From NCBI GenBank assembly GCA_036149055.1, contig JAYZQJ010000004.1, forward strand, positions 1 through 64,000: a DNA stretch of 64,000 bases, written 5' to 3'. Positions 54,712 through 64,000 of the stretch are shown piece by piece. The stretch comes from Myxococcota bacterium. Lineage in GTDB: Bacteria; Myxococcota_A; Polyangia; Polyangiales; Sandaracinaceae. The notes under the pieces were generated by a model, which was not told the DNA's origin, searched no databases, and saw nothing but the letters and a program-made list of their open reading frames with translations. Each line of letters opens with the position of its first letter. The stretch's first letter is position 1. The position numbers and the translations under genes are program-made.

Positions 54712-56435
54712 TGCAGACGGAATCGGTCGAGCGAAGAGGCGAGGCGCCGCTCCGGCGCGCGGGCAAGGGGAGCCACCGCCGGGTGGGCGACGTGCACGTG
54801 CTGTCGCTGGCGGGGAGCGACCACGAGATGGGGCGCCAGCACGGCGAGCTGCTCGCGGACGAGATCCGGCGCGGGCCGATCCCGTACTACCGCCGCATCG
54901 TCGAGAAGCTCATGGGCAAGGGCAGCCTCGGGCCGGCGTCCAAGCTCGTCTGGCCGGCGCTGCAGACGACGCTCGGGCGACGCATCGCGAAGAACCTCCC
55001 GCCGCACGTGCGCGAGACGATCCGCGGCGTCGCCGAGGGCGCCGGACTCGACGTCCAGGCCTTCGTCGACGGCTGCACGATGCCCGACGCGATGATGTGG
55101 GTCGCCGCCCGCGCGATGCAGCTCAAGGGGCACGGTCCCGCGGTCGCGCACCGCGTCGCGCTCGGGCTCGGGTGCACCAGCGCGGTCGCCTGGGGCGACG
55201 CCACGGTCGACGGCAAGCTGCTGCACGCTCGCAACTTCGATTACCACGGCGTGGGCTGCTGGCCCTCGAACAAGGCCGTCCTCTTCCACGCGCCCGATCG
55301 CGGCCAGCGCTTCGTGTCGGTGGCGTCGGCCGGCGTCGCGCTCGGCGGCATCACCGCGATGAACGAGGCGGGGCTCACCCTCACCGTGCATCAGCACATG
55401 TTCACCGACCGCACCAAGCTCGGCGGCACGCCGATCGGGATCGTCGGCGACGAGGTGATGCGCGAGGCCCGCGATCTCGACGAGGCGGAGCGCATCCTCG
55501 GCCGGCACGTGCCGGTGGGCTGCTGGACCTACGTGGTGACCGACGGGAACGCGCGCGAGGTCCTCTGCTGGGAGGAGAACCCGGAGCGGCGCCGCGCCTT
55601 CCGGTTCCGCGAGGAGAGCACCTTCGGCTACGCCAACGTCTACCTCGACGAGGCGCTCGGTCGGAGCGAGGTGAACCTCTACGGCAGCTACTGGCGTCAC
55701 AACCAGGGGCGCCACGCGCGGGTGAACGCGCTCCTCGCCGAGCGCCGCGGGGCGCTCGATCCGCAGGGCATGGCCTCCATCCTCGCCGACACCGGCACCG
55801 GCGGCTGCCGCATCCGCGACTCGATCGCGATGGTGATGACCGTCGGCTCGGTGGTCTTCCGGCCCGAGGACGGGGCGCTCTGGGTCGGCACCGGCGAGGC
55901 GCCGACGAGCCGGGGGACCTTCGTGCCCTTCTCCCTCGCCGAGGGCGGCCACGATCCGTCCAAGGGCGAGCTGACGACCGGCGCGATCGAGGACGAGGGT
56001 GAGCGCGAGGCCTTCGAGCGCTTCCGCCAGAGCTACGTCGCCTACGTCGACGACGGCGACGTGTCGCGCGCCCACGCGCTGCTCCAGGAGGCCTGCGCGC
56101 TCGCGCCCTCCGAGCCGCTCTACCGCTCGCTCCGCGGCCTCTTCGCGCTCGAGCGGGGCGCGCTCGACGACGCCGAGGAGGCGTTCACCGAGGCGATCGA
56201 GCTCGGGCACGTCGACCCGGAGCGCCGCGCGAGCTTCCACCTGTGGCGCGGCCGCGCCCGGGACGCTGCGGGGGCGCGCGACGCCGCGGTCGAGGACTAT
56301 CGCTGGGCGCTCGGCTTCGTGGCCGATCCGCCGGTGCGCGCCGCGGCGCTGCGGGGCATGCGCCGCCCGTTCACCAGGAAACAGGCGCAGAGGATTCACG
56401 TGGACGTCGGGTTGGCCGACGTCGTCTCGCCGTGA
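54711..56435 (+). CDS. C45/acid-ceramidase-like Ntn hydrolase with C-terminal TPR-like region
   Basis: G|CTSAVAWGDATVDGKLLHARNFDY; TAMNEAGL; TGATG overlap with gntR. Confidence 0.8.
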   Translation: MQTESVERRGEAPLRRAGKGSHRRVGDVHVLSLAGSDHEMGRQHGELLADEIRRGPIPYYRRIVEKLMGKGSLGPASKLVWPALQTTLGRRIAKNLPPHVRETIRGVAEGAGLDVQAFVDGCTMPDAMMWVAARAMQLKGHGPAVAHRVALGLGCTSAVAWGDATVDGKLLHARNFDYHGVGCWPSNKAVLFHAPDRGQRFVSVASAGVALGGITAMNEAGLTLTVHQHMFTDRTKLGGTPIGIVGDEVMREARDLDEAERILGRHVPVGCWTYVVTDGNAREVLCWEENPERRRAFRFREESTFGYANVYLDEALGRSEVNLYGSYWRHNQGRHARVNALLAERRGALDPQGMASILADTGTGGCRIRDSIAMVMTVGSVVFRPEDGALWVGTGEAPTSRGTFVPFSLAEGGHDPSKGELTTGAIEDEGEREAFERFRQSYVAYVDDGDVSRAHALLQEACALAPSEPLYRSLRGLFALERGALDDAEEAFTEAIELGHVDPERRASFHLWRGRARDAAGARDAAVEDYRWALGFVADPPVRAAALRGMRRPFTRKQAQRIHVDVGLADVVSP

Positions 56436-56455
56436 GCGAGGGTAGGGGAGCGACG

Positions 56456-57886
56456 ATGAAGATTCCCGAGAAGGGCATGAGCCGAGACGAGGTGATGGCC
56501 GCGATGTCGCGCTACGCCGAGAAGGACACCGACTGGAGGAGCGGTCGGACCTTCGGCTACAGCTACGACGCCGGCCGCGACGCGGAGAAGGTGACGAAGG
56601 AGGCCTACGGGCGCTTCCTCTCGGAGAACGCGCTCGACCCGCGCGTCTACCCGAGCCTCGTGAAGTTCGAGACCGAGGTGGTCGGCATCTGCCGCACCCA
56701 CCTCCGCGGCGACGACGAGGTCGTCGGCACCTTCACCAGCGGCGGCACCGAGAGCTGCATGCTCGCGGTGAAGACCGCGCGCGACTGGGCCAAGGCGGAG
56801 AAGGGCGTCACCGCGCCCGAGATGATCCTGCCGATCACCGCCCACGCCGCGTTCCACAAGGGCGCGAGCTACTTCGGCGTGAAGGTGGTGCCGGTCGACG
56901 TCGACCCGCAGACCTTCGAGGCCGATCCGGCGGCGGTGAAGGCGGCGGTGAACGAGAACACCGTGCTCATCGTCGGGAGCGCGCCGAGCTACGCGCACGG
57001 CGTCATCGATCCCATCGTCGAGATGGGGAAGATCGCGCTAGAGCACGATGTGTTGCTCCACGTCGACGCCTGCATCGGCGGCTTCATGCTGCCGTACGTG
57101 AAGCGGCTGGGGCGTGAGCTGCCGGACTGGGACTTCGCGGTCCCGGGCGTGACGAGCATCAGCATGGACCTCCACAAGTACGCGTACTGCGCGAAGGGGG
57201 CCTCGGTGCTGATGATGAAGAACAAGGAGCTGCGTCAGCACCAGATCTTCGCGTGCGCCGCGTGGACCGGGTACAGCGTCGTGAACACCACGATGCAGAG
57301 CACCAAGAGCGGCGGCCCGATGGCCGCGGCCTGGGCGACGCTCCACCACATCGGCGACGCGGGCTACCTCGAGCTGACCCGCCGCGCGATGGACGCGACC
57401 GATCGCATCGCGGCCGGCGTGGAGTCCATCCCGGAGCTCCGCATGCTCGGGACCCCGGTGATGACCCTGCTCGCCTTCGCGAGCGACGAGGTGGACGTCT
57501 TCCACGTCGCCGACGAGATGAAGCTCCGCGGCTGGCTGATCGGCGCGCAGCTGGAGTACGGGCCGAGCCCGACCAACCTGCACCTCACCGTGGGCCCCAC
57601 CAACGACGAGAAGGCCGACGCGTTCGTGGCCGACCTCCGCGCGTCGGTGGAGGCGGCGAAGGCGCTCCCGAAGAGCGACCTGCCGGCCCAGATCCAGGCG
57701 GCGTTCGCGAACATGTCGCCCGAGGACATCTCGCCCGAGACGCTGAAGCAGATGCTCGCCATGGCCGGCGCGAGCGGCACGGAGCTGCCCGAGCGCGAGT
57801 CCGAGATCAACCACGTGCTCGACGCGCTCCCGCGCGCGCTGAACGAGAAGCTCCTCGTCGGCTACCTCAACGAGCTCTTCGCGTAG
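56456..57886 (+). CDS. Sphingosine-1-phosphate lyase-like PLP-dependent enzyme
   Basis: TSGGTES, HAAFHKG, GSAPSYAHGVIDPI, HVDACIGGF, SISMDLHKY. Confidence 0.85.
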   Translation: MKIPEKGMSRDEVMAAMSRYAEKDTDWRSGRTFGYSYDAGRDAEKVTKEAYGRFLSENALDPRVYPSLVKFETEVVGICRTHLRGDDEVVGTFTSGGTESCMLAVKTARDWAKAEKGVTAPEMILPITAHAAFHKGASYFGVKVVPVDVDPQTFEADPAAVKAAVNENTVLIVGSAPSYAHGVIDPIVEMGKIALEHDVLLHVDACIGGFMLPYVKRLGRELPDWDFAVPGVTSISMDLHKYAYCAKGASVLMMKNKELRQHQIFACAAWTGYSVVNTTMQSTKSGGPMAAAWATLHHIGDAGYLELTRRAMDATDRIAAGVESIPELRMLGTPVMTLLAFASDEVDVFHVADEMKLRGWLIGAQLEYGPSPTNLHLTVGPTNDEKADAFVADLRASVEAAKALPKSDLPAQIQAAFANMSPEDISPETLKQMLAMAGASGTELPERESEINHVLDALPRALNEKLLVGYLNELFA

Positions 57887-57922
57887 CGGGGAACTTCGGC
57901 GCCGGCCCCGTGTCGCAGCCGC

Positions 57923-58570
57923 ATGCGACGAAGCCTGCTGGTGCTCGCGCTCGGCCTCGCTCCCTCCCTGACGTTCGCGCCGGGGGGAGCGGCCGCGTGC
58001 TTCAACGAGATGGAGATCGAGCTCCGTGAGGAGTCGATCAAGACGCTGCGCGCCGAGCGCGCCCTCCGGAGCGGGCACCTGCGCCGGGCGTTTCGGCTGG
58101 CCGGGCGCACGCTCCGGGACCTCGAGCGGAACCCGGACGCGTCTCCGGGGCGCGTGCAGCACCTCGGCGCGCGGCTCCGGCGGGTCGTGGCGGTGAGCAC
58201 GGTGCGGCTCGGCGGCGCGGTGGATCGGCGGCGCTGGCGCACGCCGGGTCACGTGGAGGAGGCGGACCGGGCCGCGAGCCTCGAGTGGGCGGCGTCGACG
58301 CTGCGGGAGCTCGCCCGCAGCCGCGAGCCGATCGACGAGGCGCGCTACGCCGAGGCGCTCGTCCGGCTCGGTCGGCACGCGGAGGCGGCGCGCATCCTGA
58401 GCCGGCTCGCCGAGGACGACGTGATGCCCGACGCCTACGGCTACGCGGCGCTCGCCACCGCCCAGGACGCGCTCGGGCGTGACGGCGACCGCGACCGGGC
58501 CGGCCAGGCGTGCCGCGCGATGACCCGCCGGGAGCAGCGCGGGATTTGCCCGTCCTTCGGCGAGAGCTGA
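57923..58570 (+). CDS. Exported TPR-like hypothetical protein
   Basis: Signal peptide ending AAA-CFNE; helical repeats. Confidence 0.65.
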   Translation: MRRSLLVLALGLAPSLTFAPGGAAACFNEMEIELREESIKTLRAERALRSGHLRRAFRLAGRTLRDLERNPDASPGRVQHLGARLRRVVAVSTVRLGGAVDRRRWRTPGHVEEADRAASLEWAASTLRELARSREPIDEARYAEALVRLGRHAEAARILSRLAEDDVMPDAYGYAALATAQDALGRDGDRDRAGQACRAMTRREQRGICPSFGES

Positions 58571-59757
58571 TCGCGCTGCTGCTGCTGGCCTGCGAGGCGA
58601 GCGCGGCCCCCGCGGCCCCGGCGCCGCCCGCGGCTCCGCCCCCCGCTCCGTCCTTCGGAGACGCGGCGCGGGGGCGGGCGCTGCTCGAGCGCTTCGAGTG
58701 CCATCGCTGCCACGAGGGCACCGGGCTGGCCGAGCCGCCGCCGGAGCGCCGCTGCGTGGGGTGCCATCGCGACGTGGCCGCCGGGCGGGTCGAGGCGCCT
58801 CCCGAGGTGCTCGCCGGCTGGCGCGCGCATCTGCACAGCCTCCCGGACGCCCCGCACCTGGGGGGCGCCGCGCGCTTCGATCCCGCCTGGATCGCCGCCT
58901 ATCTCCAGCGCCCCGTCGATCTGCGCCCGCACCTGGAGGCGACGATGCCGCGCCTCGCGCTCGACGAGGTCGACGCCCGCGATCTGGCCGCCGCGCTCGC
59001 GCCGCCCCGCGCCCCGGTCGAGGCGGCCGGCGATCCGGCGCGCGGCCGGGCGCTGGTCGAGGCGCGCCCGTGCGGCCGATGTCACTCCGTCGGCGGCGCC
59101 CCGCTCGCGAGCCGCGGCGACCCGGGGCTGGACGGGCCGGCGTTCGCGCGCGCCCACCGGCTGGCGCCCGATCTCGCGTTCGCCGCGGCCCGGATGCCGG
59201 CGACGCTGATCGACTGGTTGACGGATCCGGCGGCCGTGCACGCCGAGACCGAGATGCCGCCGACCGGGCTCGACCGCGCCGAGGCCGCGCACGTGGCCGC
59301 GTGGCTCGCGACGGTGTCCCGTCCACCGCCGCCTCCGCCGCTGCCCGCTCGGCTGCCGCCCCTCGAGCGTGAGGTCGGCTGGGAGGAGCTGGACCGGGCG
59401 CTCTTCCACGACACCTGCTGGCACTGTCACTCCGACCCGGGCTACGCGATCGGCGACGGCGGGCCGGGCAACACCGGTGGCCTCGGCTTCGAGGGCCGGG
59501 GCCTCGACCTCGCGAGCTACGAGGCGCTGCGGAGCGGCTCGGTGCACGAGGGCCGCCGCCGCAGCGTGTTCCGCGAGGTCACCCTGGCCAACGGCGAGAC
59601 GCTCCCGTGGGTCGTCGCCACCCTGCGGGCCCGGCAGCTCGAGGAGGCGGGGCGCGATCCCGGAGACGTACGCGGCATGCCGCTCGGGCTGCCCGCCGTC
59701 TCGCCCGAGACCCTGCAGCTCCTCGAGACCTGGATCGCCCAGGGCCGGCGTCGCTGA
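58546..59757 (+). CDS. Tetraheme c-type cytochrome lipoprotein
   Basis: CHRCH, CVGCH, CGRCH, CWHCH; MP distal ligands; LLAC lipobox; start uncertain. Confidence 0.8.
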   Translation: MPVLRRELIALLLLACEASAAPAAPAPPAAPPPAPSFGDAARGRALLERFECHRCHEGTGLAEPPPERRCVGCHRDVAAGRVEAPPEVLAGWRAHLHSLPDAPHLGGAARFDPAWIAAYLQRPVDLRPHLEATMPRLALDEVDARDLAAALAPPRAPVEAAGDPARGRALVEARPCGRCHSVGGAPLASRGDPGLDGPAFARAHRLAPDLAFAAARMPATLIDWLTDPAAVHAETEMPPTGLDRAEAAHVAAWLATVSRPPPPPPLPARLPPLEREVGWEELDRALFHDTCWHCHSDPGYAIGDGGPGNTGGLGFEGRGLDLASYEALRSGSVHEGRRRSVFREVTLANGETLPWVVATLRARQLEEAGRDPGDVRGMPLGLPAVSPETLQLLETWIAQGRRR

Positions 59758-59809
59758 AGCACTCTTTCGGCGGTGGGCCGCGGGCGTGTACGATGTCGCC
59801 TCCCCCTCG

Positions 59810-62800
59810 ATGAGCAGCTTCGATCAGGTCCAGCTCGTCCTCGGTGCGCTGCGCGATCAGCTCCAGCGCTCGCCGGAGCTCTCCCGGGCGTTGCACGACG
59901 CCTGGCGGAGCGGGCGCTTCGAGTCCAGCGCGAGCCTGCCCGCCGACGCGATCGAGGCCGCCAACGGCGCCGACGCGGCCCTCCGGGAGTGGACCGCTTC
60001 CAGCCACGACCCGCAGGCGTTCCGCGGCGCCTTCGACGGCCCGGAGGCGGATCTCGTCTTCCTCTGGTGCGCCGCCAACGCCCCCCGCAGCGACGCGCGC
60101 CTCGCGCCGATCCTCGCCGCCGGGGCCCGGCACCCCGAGCACGGAGAGCGGGCGCTCTTCGTCGCCCGGAACCGCATCGTGCAGGGGCCGCTCGAGGACG
60201 CGCTCCGCTGCGCGCCGCTCCTCGGCTCGCTCGACCGCCCGGAGAGCTTCGACGCGGCCGCCCGCATGGAGATCCTGCTCTGGGAGGCGGGCTCGCGCGC
60301 GCTGCAGCTGCCGGAGCTGGGCAAGTGGATCTGGGGCGCGAGCGAGACCTTCGAGGCGGTGGTCGGCCACCCGGCGCGCGGCTCGCTGCGGGGCCGGGTG
60401 CTCGCCGCGCGCTCGCTGGAGGTGTCGGTGTGCGGCATGCCGCCGATGACCGATCCGCAGCTCGTCGGGCGCACGCTCCAGGCCCTGCAGCCGCTCCTCC
60501 TGCACCCGGAGCCGCTCGTCTGGATCCACGCGGCGCGCTCGTTCGGTCGGCTCGCCGGCGCGTTCGAGCCCCTCGAGGGCACGCTGCTCGACTGGGTGCA
60601 CGGCGCGACCCCGGTGCTCCGGCAGCGGGCGCTGACGGCGTTCGCCTCGCTCCCCGCCGAGCGCCTCATCTTCCTCGGGCATCAGCTCGAGGCGATCATC
60701 GACGCGCCGGAGAACGAGGACTGGGTGCTCGCGGCCGCGGCGGCGGCGACCCCCTATCTGCTGCACGAGCGGCCGGATCTCTGGCGCCGGCTCTGCGCGC
60801 GCATCGTCGACGGAGACGGCGGCGCGGTCGCGGCCCGAGCCCTGGCGCGCGGGCTGGCCACGCTCTGGCGGCGCGGTGAGCGCGAGGTGGTGGAGAAGCC
60901 CTGGCGGGATCTCCGGCAGCGCGCGCGGCACGCCCGGGTCGAGGGCGTGGACGAGTGGCGCCGCTGGCTCGAGACGATCGCGGTCACCGATCCGGTCGAC
61001 GACGCGGAGCGCGACCCGCTCGACATCGAGCTCGGCCTCGAGAACCTGGTCCGCCTCGCCGCGCAGTACGACGACGAGGAGGCCGACGCGCGGGCCGCGC
61101 GCTTCGCGGGCACGCTGGCCGCGACGTTCTCGGAGGCGCGCCGCATCGTGCTCGGCCCGGGCTCGCTCCGGCACCGCGCCTCGGCGATGAACGCCTTCGA
61201 GGGCTGCGCGCGCTCGCTCGCGCTCCGGCTCTGGGGCCCGATGCTCGCGACCCGGCCGCAGGGCGATCCGATCGCGGAGCCGAACCTCGAGGAGACGTGG
61301 GAGCTGGTGGCCCGCGCGCCCGCCGAGCTGCTCGACCTCGTGAAGGAGCGGCGCGGCGAGGGCAAGGCCGAGGACGGCTTCGACGTGGCCCTCGAGGTGC
61401 TCGCCCTGAAGATCGGCGGCTACGCGCTCGACGCCTGCGGGCAGGACAGCGACCTCGGCCCGGGCAGCGGGCCCACCGCGCACGAGACGTGCCGCTGGCT
61501 CCGCAAGCTCGAGGGGCTCGCCGACGGCTCCCGGGAGCTGCCCGCGCCGCTCGAGTCCGCCCTGAGCGCGCTCTTCTGGCGCCTCGTCGACACCACGCGC
61601 GGCACCGCCCTCGGCGAGGTCGACGACGTCGCCTGGCTCGGGCCGTTCGCGGCGTGGTGGGCGCTCGTCATCGACCGGCCGGCCATCCTGCAGCGGCTCG
61701 CCACCGCGCTGCCGATGATCGCCGACGGCGCCCTGGAGCGCTGCTGCGAGCTCGCGGACAAGACGCGCAAGACGCTCTCCTCGGGGCAGGCCAACGGCGC
61801 GTGGGGCGAGACGGTGCGCGAGAGCCTCGCGGAGCTGAAGGCGGCCGACACCGAGCTCGGCGCGTCGCTCCTCGACCTCGCCCGCGCGCTCGACGAGTTC
61901 AAGGAGGCCAAGGGGCCGCTGCCCGATCTCGAAGCGCTGTGCCTGCAGCTGGTCATCGCGGCCGAGCGCCTCCAGGCCGCGCTCGCCGATCCGGTGCGCG
62001 CGCTCCACACCGCCGAGCACGACGGAGACGGCTCCGGCCAGCGCCAGGAGAACGCCCCGCGCATGGCCTCGGTCGTGGCCCGCGCGATCCGTCGCCGCGA
62101 GCCGGCGCTGCTCGAGGTGTGGTTCGCCTCGCTCGGGCCGATGACCTCGTCGCTCGTCGAGGCGTCGGTCAGCGCGGCGATGAAGCGCACGCCGCCGCCG
62201 CCGCCCACCAAGCAGAAGGCCAAGAAGAAGATCGTCGGCTACGAGCTGATCAAGCCGCTCGGCGAGGGCGGCATCGGCAGCGTGTGGCTCGTGCGCAAGC
62301 CGGGCGCCGATCGCTTCTTCGTGCTCAAGATCCCGAAGGCCGACGTGCTCGCGAGCGCGACCGAGTCCGAGCGCGAGAAGATCCTCGCCTCGTTCCACGA
62401 CGAGGCGCGCGCGCTCGCCGGGCTCTACCACCCCAACGTCGCCAACATCATCGACCGCGGCGTCGAGGACGACGTCCCCTACCTCGTGCTCGAGTACCTG
62501 ATCGGCGCCGACCTCAAGATGTACTCGAGCGCCCGGCCGATGACCCTCTTCGAGCTGCGCAAGGTCGTCGGCGAGAGCTGCGCCGGGCTGACCGCGCTCC
62601 ACGGCGCGGGCCTGGTGCACAGGGACATCAAGCCCGCCAACCTCTGGCTGCGGCTCCCGCTCGCGGGCGGCCAGAAGTTCGACCCCGACAAGCACCGCGA
62701 CCCCGCCGCCGCTCAGCCGCTGGCCACGGTGATCATCGACTTCGGCATGGTCCGCGCGACCCGGGTCGAGGCCGACGTGGGCGGCAAGTTCGTCGCCGGG

Positions 62801-63100
62801 ACGCCGGGGTACATCGCGCCCGAGCAGGTGCTCGACCCGGTGGAGCTCGACGGGCGCGCCGACGTCTACGCGCTCGCCGGCACCCTCTACAACGTCACCA
62901 CCGGGCGCACCTTCTTCGACGAGATCGAGGATCCGCGTCAGCGCATCGTGGCCCACATGCGCGAGGATCCGCTCGAGAACGCCGACCTCTCGAGCTACCC
63001 GGCCGCGCTCGTGAAGCTGATGCGCGCCGCCACCGCCCGGGAGTGGAAGGACCGCCCCACGCCGCTCGAGTTCGGGCGCGCCTTCGCGGAGCTGATTTGA
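59810..63100 (+). CDS. Large Ser/Thr kinase with ~800-aa helical N-terminal region and C-terminal kinase domain
   Basis: LGEGGIGSV, VLK, HRDIKPAN, DFG, GTPGYIAPE, DVYAL. Confidence 0.88.
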   Translation: MSSFDQVQLVLGALRDQLQRSPELSRALHDAWRSGRFESSASLPADAIEAANGADAALREWTASSHDPQAFRGAFDGPEADLVFLWCAANAPRSDARLAPILAAGARHPEHGERALFVARNRIVQGPLEDALRCAPLLGSLDRPESFDAAARMEILLWEAGSRALQLPELGKWIWGASETFEAVVGHPARGSLRGRVLAARSLEVSVCGMPPMTDPQLVGRTLQALQPLLLHPEPLVWIHAARSFGRLAGAFEPLEGTLLDWVHGATPVLRQRALTAFASLPAERLIFLGHQLEAIIDAPENEDWVLAAAAAATPYLLHERPDLWRRLCARIVDGDGGAVAARALARGLATLWRRGEREVVEKPWRDLRQRARHARVEGVDEWRRWLETIAVTDPVDDAERDPLDIELGLENLVRLAAQYDDEEADARAARFAGTLAATFSEARRIVLGPGSLRHRASAMNAFEGCARSLALRLWGPMLATRPQGDPIAEPNLEETWELVARAPAELLDLVKERRGEGKAEDGFDVALEVLALKIGGYALDACGQDSDLGPGSGPTAHETCRWLRKLEGLADGSRELPAPLESALSALFWRLVDTTRGTALGEVDDVAWLGPFAAWWALVIDRPAILQRLATALPMIADGALERCCELADKTRKTLSSGQANGAWGETVRESLAELKAADTELGASLLDLARALDEFKEAKGPLPDLEALCLQLVIAAERLQAALADPVRALHTAEHDGDGSGQRQENAPRMASVVARAIRRREPALLEVWFASLGPMTSSLVEASVSAAMKRTPPPPPTKQKAKKKIVGYELIKPLGEGGIGSVWLVRKPGADRFFVLKIPKADVLASATESEREKILASFHDEARALAGLYHPNVANIIDRGVEDDVPYLVLEYLIGADLKMYSSARPMTLFELRKVVGESCAGLTALHGAGLVHRDIKPANLWLRLPLAGGQKFDPDKHRDPAAAQPLATVIIDFGMVRATRVEADVGGKFVAGTPGYIAPEQVLDPVELDGRADVYALAGTLYNVTTGRTFFDEIEDPRQRIVAHMREDPLENADLSSYPAALVKLMRAATAREWKDRPTPLEFGRAFAELI

Positions 63101-63702
63101 GCCGCGCGGCGGCCCTGCTGCCGTTGCTGACGCTGGCGCTCGCGTCCGCGGCCAGCGCGCAAGGCGTCCCGTCTCCGCCCGCCCGCTACGGCGCCGAGGG
63201 AAGCGCGCCGCCGGCCGCTCGAGGCGGGCTCGACACACCCCGCGGCTACCAGGCAGCCCCGCCGCGGGAGTCCGAGGTCACCGTCGTGGCCTGGGGCGAG
63301 ACCGAGCTCCGGCTGCACCTCCGCTCGCTCGACGGCGGATCGGCGCCCGCGCCCTGCACCGCGCCTTGCGCTCTCACGCTGGCGCCCGGCCGCTACGTGA
63401 TGGAGGTCCAGCCGCGGGGCGGGGGCCCGTTCACCGCCGACGAGAGCCCGCAGTACTTCGGGGTCGGCCCGCACGTGATGCAGCTCAGCTACGACCGCCG
63501 CAGCGGGCTGAGAGCGCTGGGCTGGGTCTTCTTCTCGATGGCCGCGACCGCGCTCGCGCTCACCTTCCCCTTCGGGCCGATCATCGGCGCGGTCATCGGC
63601 GCGCCGATCGCCGCCGCGCTCCTGATCCCCTGGCTCCCGCTCGCGCTCCTGCGCGACTCGGTGCACGCGCAGCTCACGCCGGTGCCGCTCTTCCGTCCGT
63701 AG
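63097..63702 (+). CDS. Exported protein with CTAPC motif and C-terminal TMs
   Basis: TTG start overlapping the kinase stop; signal peptide; resembles 25354-25923. Confidence 0.65.
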   Translation: MSRAAALLPLLTLALASAASAQGVPSPPARYGAEGSAPPAARGGLDTPRGYQAAPPRESEVTVVAWGETELRLHLRSLDGGSAPAPCTAPCALTLAPGRYVMEVQPRGGGPFTADESPQYFGVGPHVMQLSYDRRSGLRALGWVFFSMAATALALTFPFGPIIGAVIGAPIAAALLIPWLPLALLRDSVHAQLTPVPLFRP

Positions 63703-64000
63703 TCAGCGGCTGCACACGCCGGCCAGGCAGCGCAGGCCCATCGCGCAGTCGGCGTCCGCGACGCAGTCGCCCACGCAGGCCTCGTCGATGATGAAGTCGC
63801 AGTCGTCGTCGATCCCGTCGCAGGCCTCGGCCGCGCCGGGGAAGACGGTGCCGTCGCTGTCGTCGCAGTCGATCGGGGAGGTCAGCCCGTCGCCGTCGCT
63901 GTCCAGCACCGGGCAGCGCTGGCCGCCGAACATCCCGTCGTCGGGCGCGCAGTCCACCGCGTCGGGCGAGCCGTCGCCGTCTCGGTCCGGGCCGGGCGTG
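63703..64000 (-). CDS. 3' end of a protein with MopE-related putative metal-binding motif (partial)
   Basis: DSDGDG...DCDDSD...FPGAAEACDGIDDDCD..IDE; frame stays open to the window edge. Confidence 0.75.
   Translation of the reverse strand, partial: TPGPDRDGDGSPDAVDCAPDDGMFGGQRCPVLDSDGDGLTSPIDCDDSDGTVFPGAAEACDGIDDDCDFIIDEACVGDCVADADCAMGLRCLAGVCSR

Noticed and set aside
1..64000. tRNA or rRNA genes
   Set aside because: No cloverleaf with T-loop and acceptor stem, and no rRNA-like segment, recognised in the intergenic regions by eye.

Overview
Very high-GC bacterial chromosomal DNA with a typical myxobacterial (Polyangiales/Sandaracinaceae-like) gene content: many Cys-rich lipoproteins, a MYXO-CTERM-like protein, Ser/Thr kinases, an FHA-sigma54 activator and c-type cytochromes. 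The taxonomy is inferred from gene content only. About 65 CDS were called; no rRNA, tRNA or CRISPR array was seen. Highlights: (1) a 3.3-kb repeat island (45.9-49.2 kb) built on a non-GTAG palindromic unit (CTCTGCCGAATC) flanking a Y1 HUH REP-associated transposase (RAYT), with a truncated IS630 remnant inside it; (2) arsM next to a SigZ-like ECF sigma with a Cys-rich tail, both preceded by the same promoter-like motif and with no ArsR nearby; (3) a GntR + acid-ceramidase-like C45 hydrolase + sphingosine-1-phosphate-lyase operon; (4) a YehQ/P/L/M-like SWIM-VWA-MoxR-DUF5682 operon; (5) a second, multi-hairpin dispersed repeat found just after stop codons (1-122 and 52353-52474); (6) widespread signs of leaderless transcription from both sigma70-type and sigma54-type promoters. 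All product calls come from motif recognition by eye; no database search was run.
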